A stretch of 64,000 nucleotides of DNA from Escherichia coli (GCF_011045215.1 NZ_CP049201.1), one strand, 5' to 3'; positions 47,646 through 61,228 are shown, counted from the first letter of the stretch. Numbers and translations are program-made. Notes: generated by a model not told the origin, from the letters alone.

Positions 47646-48188
47646 ATGAAATTAAGATTTATTTCGTCTGCGCTGGCTGCCGCACTATTCGCCGTTACGG
47701 GTAGTTATGCTGCCGTTGTAGATGGCGGTACAATTCACTTTGAAGGCGAACTGGTGAATGCTGCCTGTTCAGTGAATACTGACTCGGCAGACCAGGTTGT
47801 CACACTCGGTCAATATCGTACCGATATTTTCAATGCTGTTGGTAATACCTCTGCATTAATTCCATTCACCATTCAGTTGAACGACTGCGATCCTGTTGTT
47901 GCCGCTAATGCTGCCGTTGCATTTTCTGGTCAGGCGGATGCAATCAATGATAATTTATTGGCCATTGCATCCAGTACCAATACAACAACAGCAACGGGTG
48001 TCGGTATTGAAATACTTGATAATACATCCGCAATTCTCAAACCTGATGGGAATAGCTTCTCAACCAACCAGAACTTGATCCCCGGGACCAACGTTCTTCA
48101 TTTTTCTGCACGTTATAAAGGCACCGGTACAAGTGCATCAGCAGGGCAAGCAAATGCTGACGCGACTTTTATTATGAGATACGAATAA
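47646..48188 (+). CDS. sfmA: Type 1-like fimbrial major subunit SfmA
   Basis: Start placed at [17 protein letters not shown] (signal peptide). Confidence 0.9.
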   Translation: MKLRFISSALAAALFAVTGSYAAVVDGGTIHFEGELVNAACSVNTDSADQVVTLGQYRTDIFNAVGNTSALIPFTIQLNDCDPVVAANAAVAFSGQADAINDNLLAIASSTNTTTATGVGIEILDNTSAILKPDGNSFSTNQNLIPGTNVLHFSARYKGTGTSASAGQANADATFIMRYE

Positions 48189-48407
48189 TCAAAACCACGT
48201 TGTTTTGAATTATATATCACGTCTTATAACAAAGTAATGTACCGGTTGTCTGAAGCGGTATGGTGGCAATGTAAATCGAAATCATGTTCACTTTGTATCA
48301 TGCCGCTTTATTAAATGAAAAGGGAATGATGTGTTGTAAGAAACCAAAGCAATCATTTCTTTATATTTCTTATTTTTGCCGTCAGGAATACACAAGGCGT
48401 ATTAACT

Positions 48408-49100
48408 ATGATGACTAAAATAAAGTTATTGATGCTCATTATATTTTATTTAATCATTTCGGCCAGCGTCCATGCTGCCGGAGGGATCGCATTAGGTGCC
48501 ACGCGTATTATTTATCCCGCTGATGCTAAACAGACTGCGGTATGGATTAGAAATAGCCATACCAATGAGCGTTTTCTGGTCAATTCGTGGATTGAAAACA
48601 GCAGCGGTGTAAAAGAAAAGTCATTCATCATTACACCGCCACTATTTGTTAGTGAACCCAAAAGCGAAAATACTTTGCGTATTATTTACACCGGTCCACC
48701 GCTGGCAGCAGATCGTGAGTCTCTGTTCTGGATGAATGTTAAGACGATTCCTTCGGTAGATAAAAATGCATTGAACGGCAGGAATGTTTTGCAACTGGCG
48801 ATTTTATCGCGCATGAAGTTATTTCTCCGTCCAATTCAACTACAAGAATTACCCGCAGAAGCGCCGGACACACTCAAGTTTTCGCGATCCGGTAACTATA
48901 TCAATGTTCATAATCCATCACCTTTTTATGTCACCCTGGTTAACTTACAAGTGGGCAGCCAAAAGTTGGGGAATGCTATGGCTGCACCCAGAGTTAATTC
49001 ACAAATACCCTTACCCTCAGGAGTGCAGGGAAAGCTGAAATTTCAGACCGTTAATGATTATGGTTCAGTAACCCCGGTCAGAGAAGTGAACTTAAACTAA
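48408..49100 (+). CDS. sfmC: Periplasmic pilus chaperone SfmC
   Basis: 230 aa, PapD-like. Confidence 0.9.
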   Translation: MMTKIKLLMLIIFYLIISASVHAAGGIALGATRIIYPADAKQTAVWIRNSHTNERFLVNSWIENSSGVKEKSFIITPPLFVSEPKSENTLRIIYTGPPLAADRESLFWMNVKTIPSVDKNALNGRNVLQLAILSRMKLFLRPIQLQELPAEAPDTLKFSRSGNYINVHNPSPFYVTLVNLQVGSQKLGNAMAAPRVNSQIPLPSGVQGKLKFQTVNDYGSVTPVREVNLN

Positions 49101-49130
49101 CCGAATCATCTGACAATATCAGAGCTAATT

Positions 49131-51692
49131 ATGAAAATACCCACTACTACGGATATTCCGCAGAGGTATACCTGGTGTCTGGCCGGAATTTGTTATTCAT
49201 CTCTTGCCATTTTACCCTCCTTTTTAAGCTATGCGGAAAGTTATTTCAACCCGGCATTTTTATTAGAGAATGGCACATCCGTTGCTGATTTATCGCGCTT
49301 TGAGAGAGGTAATCATCAACCTGCGGGCGTGTATCGGGTGGATCTCTGGCGTAATGATGAGTTCATTGGTTCACAGGATATCGTATTTGAATCGACAACA
49401 GAAAATACAGGTGATAAATCAGGTGGGTTAATGCCCTGTTTTAACCAGGTACTCCTTGAACGAATTGGCCTTAATAGCAGTGCATTTCCCGAGTTAGCCC
49501 AGCAGCAAAACAATAAATGCATCAATTTACTGAAAGCTGTACCTGATGCCACAATTAACTTTGATTTTGCAGCGATGCGCCTGAACATCACTATTCCACA
49601 GATAGCGTTGCTGAGTAGCGCTCACGGTTACATTCCGCCTGAAGAGTGGGATGAAGGTATTCCTGCTTTACTCCTGAATTATAATTTCACCGGTAACAGA
49701 GGTAATGGTAACGATAGCTATTTTTTTAGTGAGCTCAGCGGGATTAATATTGGCCCGTGGCGTTTACGCAACAATGGTTCCTGGAACTATTTTCGCGGAA
49801 ATGGATATCATTCAGAACAGTGGAATAATATTGGCACCTGGGTACAGCGCGCCATTATTCCGCTGAAAAGTGAACTGGTAATGGGAGACGGCAATACAGG
49901 AAGTGATATTTTCGATGGTGTTGGATTTCGTGGTGTACGGCTTTATTCTTCCGATAATATGTATCCTGATAGCCAGCAAGGGTTTGCCCCAACGGTACGT
50001 GGGATTGCCCGTACGGCGGCCCAGCTAACGATTCGGCAAAATGGTTTTATTATCTATCAAAGCTATGTTTCCCCCGGCGCTTTTGAAATTACAGATTTGC
50101 ACCCGACATCTTCAAATGGCGATCTGGACGTCACCATCGACGAACGCGATGGCAATCAGCAGAATTACACTATTCCGTATTCAACAGTGCCAATTTTACA
50201 ACGCGAAGGGAGTTTCAAATTTGACCTGACGGCGGGCGATTTTCGTAGCGGTAATAGTCAGCAATCATCGCCTTTCTTTTTTCAGGGCACGGCACTCGGC
50301 GGTTTACCACAGGAATTTACTGCCTACGGCGGGACGCAATTATCTGCCAATTACACCGCCTTTTTATTAGGGCTGGGGCGCAACCTCGGGAACTGGGGCG
50401 CAGTGTCGCTGGATGTGACCCATGCGCGCAGTCAGTTAGCCGACGACAGTCGTCATGAGGGGGATTCCATTCGCTTCCTCTATGCGAAATCGATGAACAC
50501 CTTCGGCACCAATTTTCAGTTAATGGGTTACCGCTATTCGACACAAGGTTTTTATACCCTTGATGATGTTGCGTATCGTCGAATGGAGGGGTACGAATAT
50601 GATTACGATTATGACGGTGAGCATCGGGATGAACCGATAATCGTGAATTACCACAATTTACGCTTTAGCCGTAAAGACCGTTTGCAGTTAAATATTTCAC
50701 AATCACTTAATGACTTTGGCTCGCTTTATATCTCTGGTACCCATCAAAAATACTGGAATACTTCGGATTCAGATACCTGGTATCAGGTGGGGTATACCAG
50801 CAGCTGGGTTGGCATCAGTTATTCACTCTCATTTTCGTGGAATGAATCTGTAGGGATCCCCGATAACGAACGTATTGTCGGACTTAATGTTTCAGTGCCT
50901 TTCAATGTTCTGACCAAACGTCGCTACACCCGGGAAAATGCGCTCGACCGCGCTTATGCCTCCTTTAACGCCAACCGTAACAGCAACGGGCAAAATAGCT
51001 GGCTGGCAGGTGTAGGTGGGACCTTACTGGAAGGCCACAACCTGAGTTATCACGTAAGCCAGGGTGATACCTCGAATAATGGGTATACGGGCAGCGCCAC
51101 GGCAAACTGGCAGGCCGCTTACGGTACGCTGGGGGTCGGGTATAACTACGACCGCGATCAACATGACGTTAACTGGCAGCTGTCTGGCGGTGTGGTCGGA
51201 CATGAAAATGGCATAACGCTGAGCCAGCCTTTAGGGGATACCAATGTCTTGATTAAAGCGCCTGGCGCAGGCGGTGTACGCATTGAAAATCAAACTGGCA
51301 TTTTAACCGACTGGCGCGGCTATGCGGTGATGCCGTATGCCACGGTTTATCGGTATAACCGTATCGCGCTTGATACCAATACGATGGGGAATTCCATCGA
51401 TGTTGAAAAAAATATTAGCAGCGTTGTGCCGACGCAAGGCGCGTTGGTTCGTGCCAATTTTGATACCCGCATAGGCGTGCGGGCGCTCATTACCGTTACC
51501 CAGGGCGGAAAACCGGTGCCGTTTGGATCACTGGTACGGGAAAACAGTACCGGAATAACCAGTATGGTGGGTGATGACGGGCAAGTTTATTTAAGTGGTG
51601 CGCCATTGTCTGGTGAATTACTGGTTCAGTGGGGAGACGGCGCGAACTCACGCTGCATTGCGCACTATGTATTGCCGAAGCAAAGCTTATAG
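49131..51692 (+). CDS. sfmD: Fimbrial outer membrane usher SfmD
   Basis: 853-aa ORF; exact start uncertain. Confidence 0.9.
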   Translation: MKIPTTTDIPQRYTWCLAGICYSSLAILPSFLSYAESYFNPAFLLENGTSVADLSRFERGNHQPAGVYRVDLWRNDEFIGSQDIVFESTTENTGDKSGGLMPCFNQVLLERIGLNSSAFPELAQQQNNKCINLLKAVPDATINFDFAAMRLNITIPQIALLSSAHGYIPPEEWDEGIPALLLNYNFTGNRGNGNDSYFFSELSGINIGPWRLRNNGSWNYFRGNGYHSEQWNNIGTWVQRAIIPLKSELVMGDGNTGSDIFDGVGFRGVRLYSSDNMYPDSQQGFAPTVRGIARTAAQLTIRQNGFIIYQSYVSPGAFEITDLHPTSSNGDLDVTIDERDGNQQNYTIPYSTVPILQREGSFKFDLTAGDFRSGNSQQSSPFFFQGTALGGLPQEFTAYGGTQLSANYTAFLLGLGRNLGNWGAVSLDVTHARSQLADDSRHEGDSIRFLYAKSMNTFGTNFQLMGYRYSTQGFYTLDDVAYRRMEGYEYDYDYDGEHRDEPIIVNYHNLRFSRKDRLQLNISQSLNDFGSLYISGTHQKYWNTSDSDTWYQVGYTSSWVGISYSLSFSWNESVGIPDNERIVGLNVSVPFNVLTKRRYTRENALDRAYASFNANRNSNGQNSWLAGVGGTLLEGHNLSYHVSQGDTSNNGYTGSATANWQAAYGTLGVGYNYDRDQHDVNWQLSGGVVGHENGITLSQPLGDTNVLIKAPGAGGVRIENQTGILTDWRGYAVMPYATVYRYNRIALDTNTMGNSIDVEKNISSVVPTQGALVRANFDTRIGVRALITVTQGGKPVPFGSLVRENSTGITSMVGDDGQVYLSGAPLSGELLVQWGDGANSRCIAHYVLPKQSL

Positions 51693-51752
51693 CAAGCCGT
51701 CACTGTTATTTCGGCAGTTTGCACACATCCTGGCTCATAAAGGAAATTATCA

Positions 51753-52760
51753 ATGAAGATAATCTGCAGATTATTATTGGCGATGGCATGTTTGTGTCTG
51801 GCAAACATATCCTGGGCTACTGTTTGTGCAAATAGTACTGGCGTAGCAGAAGATGAACACTATGATCTCTCAAATGTCTTTAATAGCACCAATAACCAGC
51901 CAGGGCAGATTGTTGTTTTACCGGAAAAATCCGGCTGGGTAGGTGTCTCAGCAATTTGTCCACCCGGCACGCTGGTGAATTATACATACCGTAGTTATGT
52001 CACTAACTTTATTGTTCAGGAAACTATCGATAATTATAAATATATGCAATTAAATGATTATCTATTAGGTGCGATGAGTCTGGTTGATAGTGTGATGGAT
52101 ATTCAATTTCCCCCGCAAAATTATATTCGTATGGGAACAGATCCTAACGTTTCGCAAAACCTTCCGTTCGGGGTGATGGATTCTCGTTTGATATTTCGTT
52201 TAAAGGTTATTCGGCCCTTTATTAACATGGTGGAGATCCCCAGACAGGTGATGTTTACCGTGTATGTGACATCAACGCCTTACGATCCGTTGGTTACACC
52301 TGTTTATACCATTAGTTTTGGTGGCCGGGTTGAAGTACCGCAAAACTGCGAATTAAATGCCGGGCAGATTGTTGAATTTGATTTTGGTGATATCGGCGCA
52401 TCGTTATTTAGTGCGGCAGGGCCGGGTAATCGACCTGCTGGTGTCATGCCGCAAACCAAGAGCATTGCGGTCAAATGTACGAATGTTGCTGCGCAGGCTT
52501 ATTTAACAATGCGTCTGGAAGCCAGTGCCGTTTCTGGTCAGGCGATGGTGTCGGACAATCAGGATTTAGGTTTTATTGTCGCCGATCAGAACGATACGCC
52601 GATCACGCCTAACGATCTCAATAGCGTTATTCCTTTCCGTCTGGATGCAGCTGCGGCAGCCAATGTCACACTTCGCGCCTGGCCTATCAGTATTACCGGT
52701 CAAAAACCGACCGAAGGGCCGTTTAGCGCGCTGGGGTATTTACGCGTCGATTATCAATGA
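51753..52760 (+). CDS. sfmH: Fimbrial adhesin-like subunit SfmH
   Basis: 335-aa ORF with signal peptide. Confidence 0.88.
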   Translation: MKIICRLLLAMACLCLANISWATVCANSTGVAEDEHYDLSNVFNSTNNQPGQIVVLPEKSGWVGVSAICPPGTLVNYTYRSYVTNFIVQETIDNYKYMQLNDYLLGAMSLVDSVMDIQFPPQNYIRMGTDPNVSQNLPFGVMDSRLIFRLKVIRPFINMVEIPRQVMFTVYVTSTPYDPLVTPVYTISFGGRVEVPQNCELNAGQIVEFDFGDIGASLFSAAGPGNRPAGVMPQTKSIAVKCTNVAAQAYLTMRLEASAVSGQAMVSDNQDLGFIVADQNDTPITPNDLNSVIPFRLDAAAAANVTLRAWPISITGQKPTEGPFSALGYLRVDYQ

Positions 52761-52770
52761 GGTACGGAGA

Positions 52771-53286
52771 ATGAGAAGAGTACTCTTTAGCTGTTTCTGC
52801 GGGTTACTGTGGAGTTCCAGTGGATGGGCAGCTGACCCTTTAGGAACGATTAATATCAATTTGCACGGTAACGTGGTTGATTTTTCTTGTACCGTAAACA
52901 CAGCGGATAATGATAAGACGGTAGATTTAGGCAGATGGCCTACGACACAACTACTGACCGCTGGCGATACCACGGCACTCGTCCCTTTTAGCCTGCGGCT
53001 GGAGGGATGTCCTCCGGGTTCAGTTGCGATTTTATTTACGGGAACGCCGGCATCTGATGCCAACCTGCTGGCTCTGGATGATCCCGCAATGGCACAAACC
53101 GTCGCCATCGAATTACGTAATAGCGATCGCTCCCGGCTCGCACTGGGGGAGGCGAGCCCGACTGAGGAAGTAGATGCAAATGGCAATGTCACACTAAACT
53201 TTTTTGCCAATTATCGAGCGTTAGCCAGCGGTGTTCGGCCAGGTGTGGCGAAAGCGGATGCGATATTTATGATCAATTATAATTAA
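52771..53286 (+). CDS. sfmF: Fimbrial minor subunit SfmF
   Basis: Start placed at MRRVLFSCFCGLLW with SD GGAG upstream (171 aa). Confidence 0.88.
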   Translation: MRRVLFSCFCGLLWSSSGWAADPLGTININLHGNVVDFSCTVNTADNDKTVDLGRWPTTQLLTAGDTTALVPFSLRLEGCPPGSVAILFTGTPASDANLLALDDPAMAQTVAIELRNSDRSRLALGEASPTEEVDANGNVTLNFFANYRALASGVRPGVAKADAIFMINYN

Positions 53287-53288
53287 TA

Positions 53289-53921
53289 TTATATTAATTC
53301 GTATAATTTGGCGTAGTCGATAAGCTCTACAATTGAATGCAAACCTAGCTTGCCATAAATATTAGATTTATGCGCACTAACTGTTTTATTGCTAAGTAAT
53401 AACTTATCGGCAATTTCTTTATTAGATAATCCGCTAACCAGATAACGTAATATGGTCACTTCACGATTAGATAGCACAGTGACCGTTGAACTATTCGTAC
53501 TACATTTATTGCTTTTTATATAGTTAAGCGTTTCGCTGGGAAAAAAAGTGTATCCGGAGAGGATCATCTGAACGGCATGAAAAATATCATTCTGATCATT
53601 GCATTTACTGACAAAACCGTTAGCACCAGCTTGTATCGCTCTGCCAGCATAAAAGCATTCTGATTTTGATGATAAAAATAATACTTTCACTGTGCTCTGG
53701 ATTTGTTTGATCCTTTTCAGGAAGGTAAAACCGTCTGTTCCGGGCAAGTCTATATCCATAATGATTAAATCAACAGGACGGGTTCGGAGATAATCGATGG
53801 TTATGCGGTAATCATCCGTTTTCAGGACAATCTGCAATTCACTGTTTTTTTGCAACAGAACTTCAATAGACATTCTGATGATAGGATGAGTATCCATAAT
53901 GATCACCGACGTTGGTTTCAT
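53289..53921 (-). CDS. fimZ: LuxR/NarL-family response regulator FimZ
   Basis: Start placed at MKPTSVIIMDTHPII (210 aa); receiver domain plus LuxR HTH. Confidence 0.9.
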   Translation of the reverse strand: MKPTSVIIMDTHPIIRMSIEVLLQKNSELQIVLKTDDYRITIDYLRTRPVDLIIMDIDLPGTDGFTFLKRIKQIQSTVKVLFLSSKSECFYAGRAIQAGANGFVSKCNDQNDIFHAVQMILSGYTFFPSETLNYIKSNKCSTNSSTVTVLSNREVTILRYLVSGLSNKEIADKLLLSNKTVSAHKSNIYGKLGLHSIVELIDYAKLYELI

Positions 53922-54163
53922 AGTTACCAGTCTCATAGGAGCGGACAATTTTCCGTTAGGGCGGTAAATTGTACTTTGATACATGAAAATACGGGTTTTC
54001 TTGATTCAGACGCGCAGCGGTGTGCGTTTGTTTGCCGCTATAGCGAAATAAATCAGAAAATCAGACGCGGTCGTTCACTTGTTCAGCAACCAGATCAAAA
54101 GCCATTGACTCAGCAAGGGTTGACCGTATAATTCACGCGATTACACCGCATTGCGGTATCAAC

Positions 54164-54240
54164 GCGCCCTTAGCTCAGTTGGATAGAGCAACGACCTTCT
54201 AAGTCGTGGGCCGCAGGTTCGAATCCTGCAGGGCGCGCCA
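54164..54240 (+). tRNA. argU: tRNA-Arg (anticodon UCU), prophage integration target
   Basis: GCGCCCTTAGCTCAGTTGGATAGAGCAACGACCTTCTAAGTCGTGGGCCGCAGGTTCGAATCCTGCAGGGCGCGCCA; cloverleaf with anticodon loop CUUCUAA and encoded CCA. Confidence 0.93.
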
Positions 54241-54255
54241 TTACAATTCAATCAG

Positions 54256-55419
54256 TTACGCCTTCTTTATATCCTCCATAATTCCACAGTGGGACATATT
54301 TGGGACATTATCACCAAAAATGTCGTCTATTTTCCTTGCATGCTCTGTCAAATGATTAGGCGCAAGGTGAGCATACCTACGAACCATTTCTATGGACTCC
54401 CATCCGCCCATTTCCTGAAGCACAGATAATGGGACGCCTGACTGGATCAGCCAGCTTGCCCAGGTGTGTCTGAGGTCATGGAAACGGAAATCTTCAATTC
54501 CTGCACGACGACAAGCTGATAGCCATGATGTCTTGCTGTCGATGCGCATCTTCCTGACCGCAGGCGTTGATGTTCCATCTGCTCGCTTAGCCGCCTTGGT
54601 ATGTACAAACACCCATTTGTGATGCTTGCCTATTTGATCACGCAACACTTTACAGGCGGTATCGTTCAGCGCCACACCAATGGCGCGGTTTGATTTGCTC
54701 TCTTCTGGATTCACCCAGGCAACTCGTCGCTGCATGTCGATTTGTTGCCATTCCAGATTTATGATGTTCGACTTTCTCAGACCAGTTGCCAGCGCAAACT
54801 TGACGACAGATTTCAGTGGTTCGGGGCACTCATCAATAAGGCGTTTTGCTTCCTCCTTTTCCAGCCATCTGACTCGCTTGTTTCTGACCGCTGGTATCTT
54901 GATGACAGGCGCTTTTTCCAGCCACTTCCAGTCGCGTTCTGCAGCACGGAGAATGGCCTTTATCATGGCAAGATGCTTTGCCTTTGTCTGAGTTGATACT
55001 GGCTTTGGTTCATAAACAGGCGGTTCTTTACCTTTCCTGATGGCGGCCTGAACTTTCTGTTTCCATATTTCTTTCGTCTTTCTGTTATGCATTCTGCTTA
55101 CAGCAGAGTAAATCTTTGCCTCCGAGATATCTTTAAGCCTTATACCCTCAAAATGTTCAAGCCAGAACTCAATCCGGCTTTTATCTGAATCGAGAGATTT
55201 TTTATCAGCTTTTTCCTCAAGCCATCTTAGGCAGGCCTCTTCAAAAGTGACATCAGGTAAATCCCCTAGCTTTTCTACTCGCCAGAGTTCTGCTTTTCGC
55301 TTGTCGTGCAACTCCTGAGCTTGCCGCTTGTCCTTTGTGCCAAGAGATTCCTTAATTCGTTTCCCGCCCGGGAGCGAATACGAGGCATACCATATTTCAT
55401 TTCTGCGGAAGAGTGACAT
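54256..55419 (-). CDS. intD: Prophage tyrosine integrase (DLP12 IntD-like)
   Basis: 387 aa beginning [46 protein letters not shown], as recalled for IntD; C-terminal catalytic region with HDLRHT...[15 protein letters not shown]; lies 15 bp from the tRNA 3' end. Confidence 0.9.
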   Translation of the reverse strand: MSLFRRNEIWYASYSLPGGKRIKESLGTKDKRQAQELHDKRKAELWRVEKLGDLPDVTFEEACLRWLEEKADKKSLDSDKSRIEFWLEHFEGIRLKDISEAKIYSAVSRMHNRKTKEIWKQKVQAAIRKGKEPPVYEPKPVSTQTKAKHLAMIKAILRAAERDWKWLEKAPVIKIPAVRNKRVRWLEKEEAKRLIDECPEPLKSVVKFALATGLRKSNIINLEWQQIDMQRRVAWVNPEESKSNRAIGVALNDTACKVLRDQIGKHHKWVFVHTKAAKRADGTSTPAVRKMRIDSKTSWLSACRRAGIEDFRFHDLRHTWASWLIQSGVPLSVLQEMGGWESIEMVRRYAHLAPNHLTEHARKIDDIFGDNVPNMSHCGIMEDIKKA

Positions 55420-55645
55420 TTTCTTTCCTCTGTTATGCCATCACCCGCGCTCACCTGGACAGTATGCAGCGGAGACTGAAGCGCCGCAATGCAAGCTTGC
55501 CGTGTTGTGAGGTAAGGAGATTTTGGCTTGGTTGGATCTTTACGTGTTGCCTGTAGGCGGCCTGTTCGTATCCAGTTGGTGGCGGTTGGTCTGGATATAT
55601 TAAGAAACTGACAGGCCTCATCGAGTGTGAGGCTGTATGGCTCCA

Positions 55646-55646
<1 letters not shown>
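55275..55646 (-). CDS. Putative excisionase (HTH, Xis/AlpA-like); 3' extent uncertain
   Basis: Start [31 protein letters not shown] with SD GAGGTG; TAATG coupling to the upstream gene. The ORF overlaps int by about 145 nt, which is unusually long. Confidence 0.6.
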
Positions 55647-58050
<2,404 letters not shown>

Positions 58051-58262
58051 CAGCCAGCCTTCTCCATTAGCATCAAATAACAGAACACTTTCATTTGCTG
58101 GTGGCAGTTCAGCTGACACTGGTATTATTTTGTTTTCCAGTGCCGCACATTTAGCTTCAAGCGCGTCGAATTTACGTAACAGGTACTCAGCATTTGTTTC
58201 GTTCACTTTCAGATCTCGCGGTACACATTTCCCGCGAAGAAACCCTTCCATTTCGAAAACAT

Positions 58263-58799
58263 TCATGCGCATTTGCGTAACTCCGATAAATCGTTAAAAC
58301 GTTCCATAAACATCCCGTAGGCATGACCCGGTGCCAGTGGAATCACGTTGAACATCTCTGTTGCCGGGATGCCTTCCAGTACAGGCCAGAAAGAGCCATC
58401 ATCAAGCCCGAGATCGCGGCGTTCGGTTGCCAGCATGATGAGATCGGCATATTTCACGGGTGTACTCATAACTGGGGGTAACCCGTATTTCTCACGGATT
58501 ACGGCGTCTATTTTTTCTTCCATCCGTTTATAGTCAGGAAGAAGGCGTTTCAGTGGTGCGGGAATGTCCTGGCAATACGCTTCTGTTGCATCATGCATTA
58601 ACGCTTCAAAAGCAAATTCCTGCGGCACCAGCTGGCTGCAAAGAACCGCATGTTGGGCGACGCTGTAGAAGTGCGAAAGATGACCGGCAAAGCGACAGAT
58701 ATTTGAAAGGGAAACCGCGATATCGTTAATATCGATGTCGTCTTTATTTATCTTGTCATAATAAAAATGCTTCCCGGAAAAAGTTTTAATAAATGACAT
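58263..58799 (-). CDS. HD-domain phosphohydrolase (YfdR-like 5'-deoxynucleotidase)
   Basis: HD motif (AQHAVLCSQL...MHDATEAYCQDIP); start placed at MSFIKTF (178 aa); the ORF could start 4 codons upstream at 58811. Confidence 0.75.
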   Translation of the reverse strand: MSFIKTFSGKHFYYDKINKDDIDINDIAVSLSNICRFAGHLSHFYSVAQHAVLCSQLVPQEFAFEALMHDATEAYCQDIPAPLKRLLPDYKRMEEKIDAVIREKYGLPPVMSTPVKYADLIMLATERRDLGLDDGSFWPVLEGIPATEMFNVIPLAPGHAYGMFMERFNDLSELRKCA

Positions 58800-58926
58800 T
58801 TTGTTCTCCACGTATATGCACTACACCGCGCTGAATTCTGGTAAAAGGAAGCCCTCACCATCCGGTGATTATTGAGTTAATTACGTTTCCATAAATGCCC
58901 CCGCAGGGGCATTTGCAGTAATGAAA

Positions 58927-59751
58927 TCAGGCGGTGAAAGTACCAATAAAGGTTTCTACTTTGCTGTCTTTGAATTTCTCAACAAGCAGATCACGAAATT
59001 CGTTAGCCATTTCTTCCTGCACCGCTTCCAGCTGAATAATGCGCAGAACCAGTACAGGACGATCGCCAGTGATAATGCTGAGGCGTAATTTAAACGGACG
59101 TTCTTTCAGACCTTCAAACGGAACGCATTTAAATTCAAATGCCACTGGCATAATGTCTTTGGTCTTCGCTTCGACAGACTCCATCAGGGAGCGTTTGCCG
59201 CTGAAGTCATTATCTTCAAAATCAGCGGTCTGGTTTGCTTCAATCGTGATTTTACGGACTGCCGCAGCCGCTTTTGTTGCTTGAATGGCGTCACCATTAG
59301 CATCAAAGCCCACAAGGTAGTCGGCCCAGTCTTCGATCCATTCTGCCAGTGACTTCTGGGAGTTACGCTCGCCGTTAACAGACAACAGAGTAGAGAACGG
59401 TGCTGTCTTTTTCAGTTTGAGAGTGGCAGTGTTATCTGCGTGACCTGGCTCATCAATAGTACCCAGGTTAAGCACACTGACGGCACGCATATTATCGGCA
59501 TCGATAAAGCAGCGGGTGCCTTCATCTGCAAGATCTTTAGAATAACGGGTAAAATCATCGATGCTGGCAGTGGAAAGTGCACCACGGAAACGGAAGCGAT
59601 TTAAATTAAATTTTTCCAGATCATGAATGCGGAAATTCTCAGGCAATGCCACAGCATCGGCACCAATCTTACTGATAATTTCATTAACACCCTGAGCAGA
59701 AATAAGGGCATGGATTTGATTAATTGCGGTTGCGTCTAAGTTCTGAGACAT
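58927..59751 (-). CDS. YfdQ-like phage protein (DUF2303-like), 274 aa
   Basis: Length and order match the CPS-53 YfdQ family as recalled; function unknown. Confidence 0.7.
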   Translation of the reverse strand: MSQNLDATAINQIHALISAQGVNEIISKIGADAVALPENFRIHDLEKFNLNRFRFRGALSTASIDDFTRYSKDLADEGTRCFIDADNMRAVSVLNLGTIDEPGHADNTATLKLKKTAPFSTLLSVNGERNSQKSLAEWIEDWADYLVGFDANGDAIQATKAAAAVRKITIEANQTADFEDNDFSGKRSLMESVEAKTKDIMPVAFEFKCVPFEGLKERPFKLRLSIITGDRPVLVLRIIQLEAVQEEMANEFRDLLVEKFKDSKVETFIGTFTA

Positions 59752-59816
59752 AATAAGTCCTCACTATATAAAGATATTCAGTGATGAGATAAATAATCAG
59801 TTTATTACGAACGATA

Positions 59817-60179
59817 TTAACGACCTGCTGCGCGGAGTTTTCCGTCAGGTTCACCGGCAAGAGTCAGTAATTGTCCCTGGTCTTCCTGCAGAATAGTCAG
59901 GCGACCACCGCGATTGACATACATCGGCGTTTCGGTGGTGTCTTCTTCGGAAATTTTCCCGCGGTTAGTTGGGCGAACATATGAGAGTTTGTGTTTGATT
60001 TTCACACGGTTCTCATCAAACGGTTCGATTTCCAGATTGAGTGAGACCTTCCCTTTGGTTTTCGTGTTCATCACACCGGAAGCGACCTCACTGAGAACTG
60101 CGCCGATTTTGGTTTCAAATACGCCGCCGTCCAGCTCCCCGATAAATGCCTGCACATCAGTACTGCGTTCGCTAGCCAT
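59817..60179 (-). CDS. YfdP-like phage protein, 120 aa
   Basis: Start MASERSTDVQ with SD AGGAG 6 nt upstream (the ORF track extends further 5' into GC-rich sequence, which I reject as coding). Confidence 0.65.
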   Translation of the reverse strand: MASERSTDVQAFIGELDGGVFETKIGAVLSEVASGVMNTKTKGKVSLNLEIEPFDENRVKIKHKLSYVRPTNRGKISEEDTTETPMYVNRGGRLTILQEDQGQLLTLAGEPDGKLRAAGR

Positions 60180-60649
60180 TTTGCTGCTCCTCATCATATC
60201 GACCCTGCAAGGTCGGTTGGTTTCTCCACAAAACAGAGAAGAACACCTGCGGTGGCAGCCGCCCGGATGGATTGGGTTATGAGCCCGTCGTCCGGTGATG
60301 CTCTTCTCTGTTTTGCAAAAAAGGACGGTACCAGCCGGAAGCAAGGGTACAAACTGGTACCGCCAGGACTACACACAGCATAAAGTTGTGGTGCCGGGTG
60401 CCTCCCGGTGCCTGGCGAAGGTTGCACACCAGGCGGGTGGGTATCCACAGAAGGTCGACTGTCAGCCTCAACCTTAACCCGCGTGCGCTGAGCCGCATTC
60501 ACCACAACGCTAAGGATTCTCTCTGGTTGAAAATACTTAGCTGTTATGTGCCTGCTTTTAGCCACATCAGGCGAGGTGGACCTGGTTATTCCCCAACAAC
60601 AAGGATTCGGTTAATCTGGATATCCCCAACAACAATAAGAGTATTCAAT

Positions 60650-61165
60650 GTGATCGCTGAATTAACGGCAGCAATGACGGCTATTCGTGAAACAGCCCAG
60701 ATTGCAAAACTAATGAACGAGGCAAAAACTCAAGCTGAAGTAAATGCGGCTATTGGTGAGCTAAACTCAAAGCTTGCGTCTATTCAGCGCGAATGCGTGT
60801 CTCTCGTTGAACTGGTGGGCTCTTATCAAGAAATAAATGCTTCTCTCAAAGCTAAAATTGCAGAATTCGAAAACTTTGAGGCTCAGACGGAAGGCTATAT
60901 CCTTAACCAACTTGAGTCGGGTACTTTTGTATACTCGAAGGAGGTAATCGTGAACGGTGGCAGCATAACCATGCATCTTTGCCCAAAATGTTTTGGACAA
61001 AAGATAGTATCGATACTTCAACCATTCCCGGTTAGCGAAGATGAGCTTTTTCATAAAAGCAGGTGCCTCCACTGTGAAAATAAGTTTCTGATGAATAAAA
61101 ATCCGGATTACGTATCGCCTCCATCCATTGAGGAGTTGTCCAGAAAACTTAACGGCAATCTGTAG
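60650..61165 (+). CDS. Hypothetical moron protein: N-terminal coiled coil plus C-terminal CxxC...CxxC zinc-ribbon-like motif (about 165-172 aa)
   Basis: Protein-like composition starts near GTG 60650 or ATG 60674; HLCPKC...CLHCENKF; own terminator downstream; convergent with cI and antisense to the early-left operon. Confidence 0.55.
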   Translation: MIAELTAAMTAIRETAQIAKLMNEAKTQAEVNAAIGELNSKLASIQRECVSLVELVGSYQEINASLKAKIAEFENFEAQTEGYILNQLESGTFVYSKEVIVNGGSITMHLCPKCFGQKIVSILQPFPVSEDELFHKSRCLHCENKFLMNKNPDYVSPPSIEELSRKLNGNL

Positions 61166-61203
61166 ATTACTACTGTTGTGGATATCCAGATTGTTAAAGA
61201 GCT

Positions 61204-61228
61204 AAGCGTCCTGTAGGGCGCTTTTTTG
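61204..61228 (+). terminator. Rho-independent terminator of the moron gene
   Basis: AGCGTCCTGTAGGGCGCT hairpin (7-bp stem with one G-U pair) followed by TTTTTTGTT. Confidence 0.6.

Noticed and set aside
54241-54256. Attempt to define the prophage attL core from the tRNA 3' flank
   Set aside because: attR lies outside the window, so the duplicated core cannot be identified from this sequence alone.
58894-58916. Hairpin AAATGCCCCCGCAGGGGCATTT between the yfdQ-like and yfdR-like genes, considered as a terminator
   Set aside because: No U-tract on either strand, and the genes on both sides belong to the same operon. Possibly an RNA-processing or stability element, but the evidence is insufficient.
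60194-60565. 123-aa minus-strand ORF in the GC-rich element, considered as a possible N-like antiterminator or first gene of the early-left operon
   Set aside because: GTG start without SD; Pro/Gly-rich low-complexity product; overlaps equally long ORFs in other frames. The region looks non-coding and structured instead.
60583-60650. Possible CRISPR array
   Set aside because: Only two direct repeats, contiguous with no spacers, and no cas genes anywhere in the window.
60185-61165. Retron (msr/msd) or type III toxin-antitoxin (repeat RNA antitoxin plus ToxN-like toxin) interpretation of the structured element and the downstream small gene
   Set aside because: No reverse transcriptase gene is adjacent, and the downstream protein (coiled coil plus zinc ribbon) does not resemble ToxN/AbiQ endoribonucleases as I recall them. 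Only two repeat units are present.
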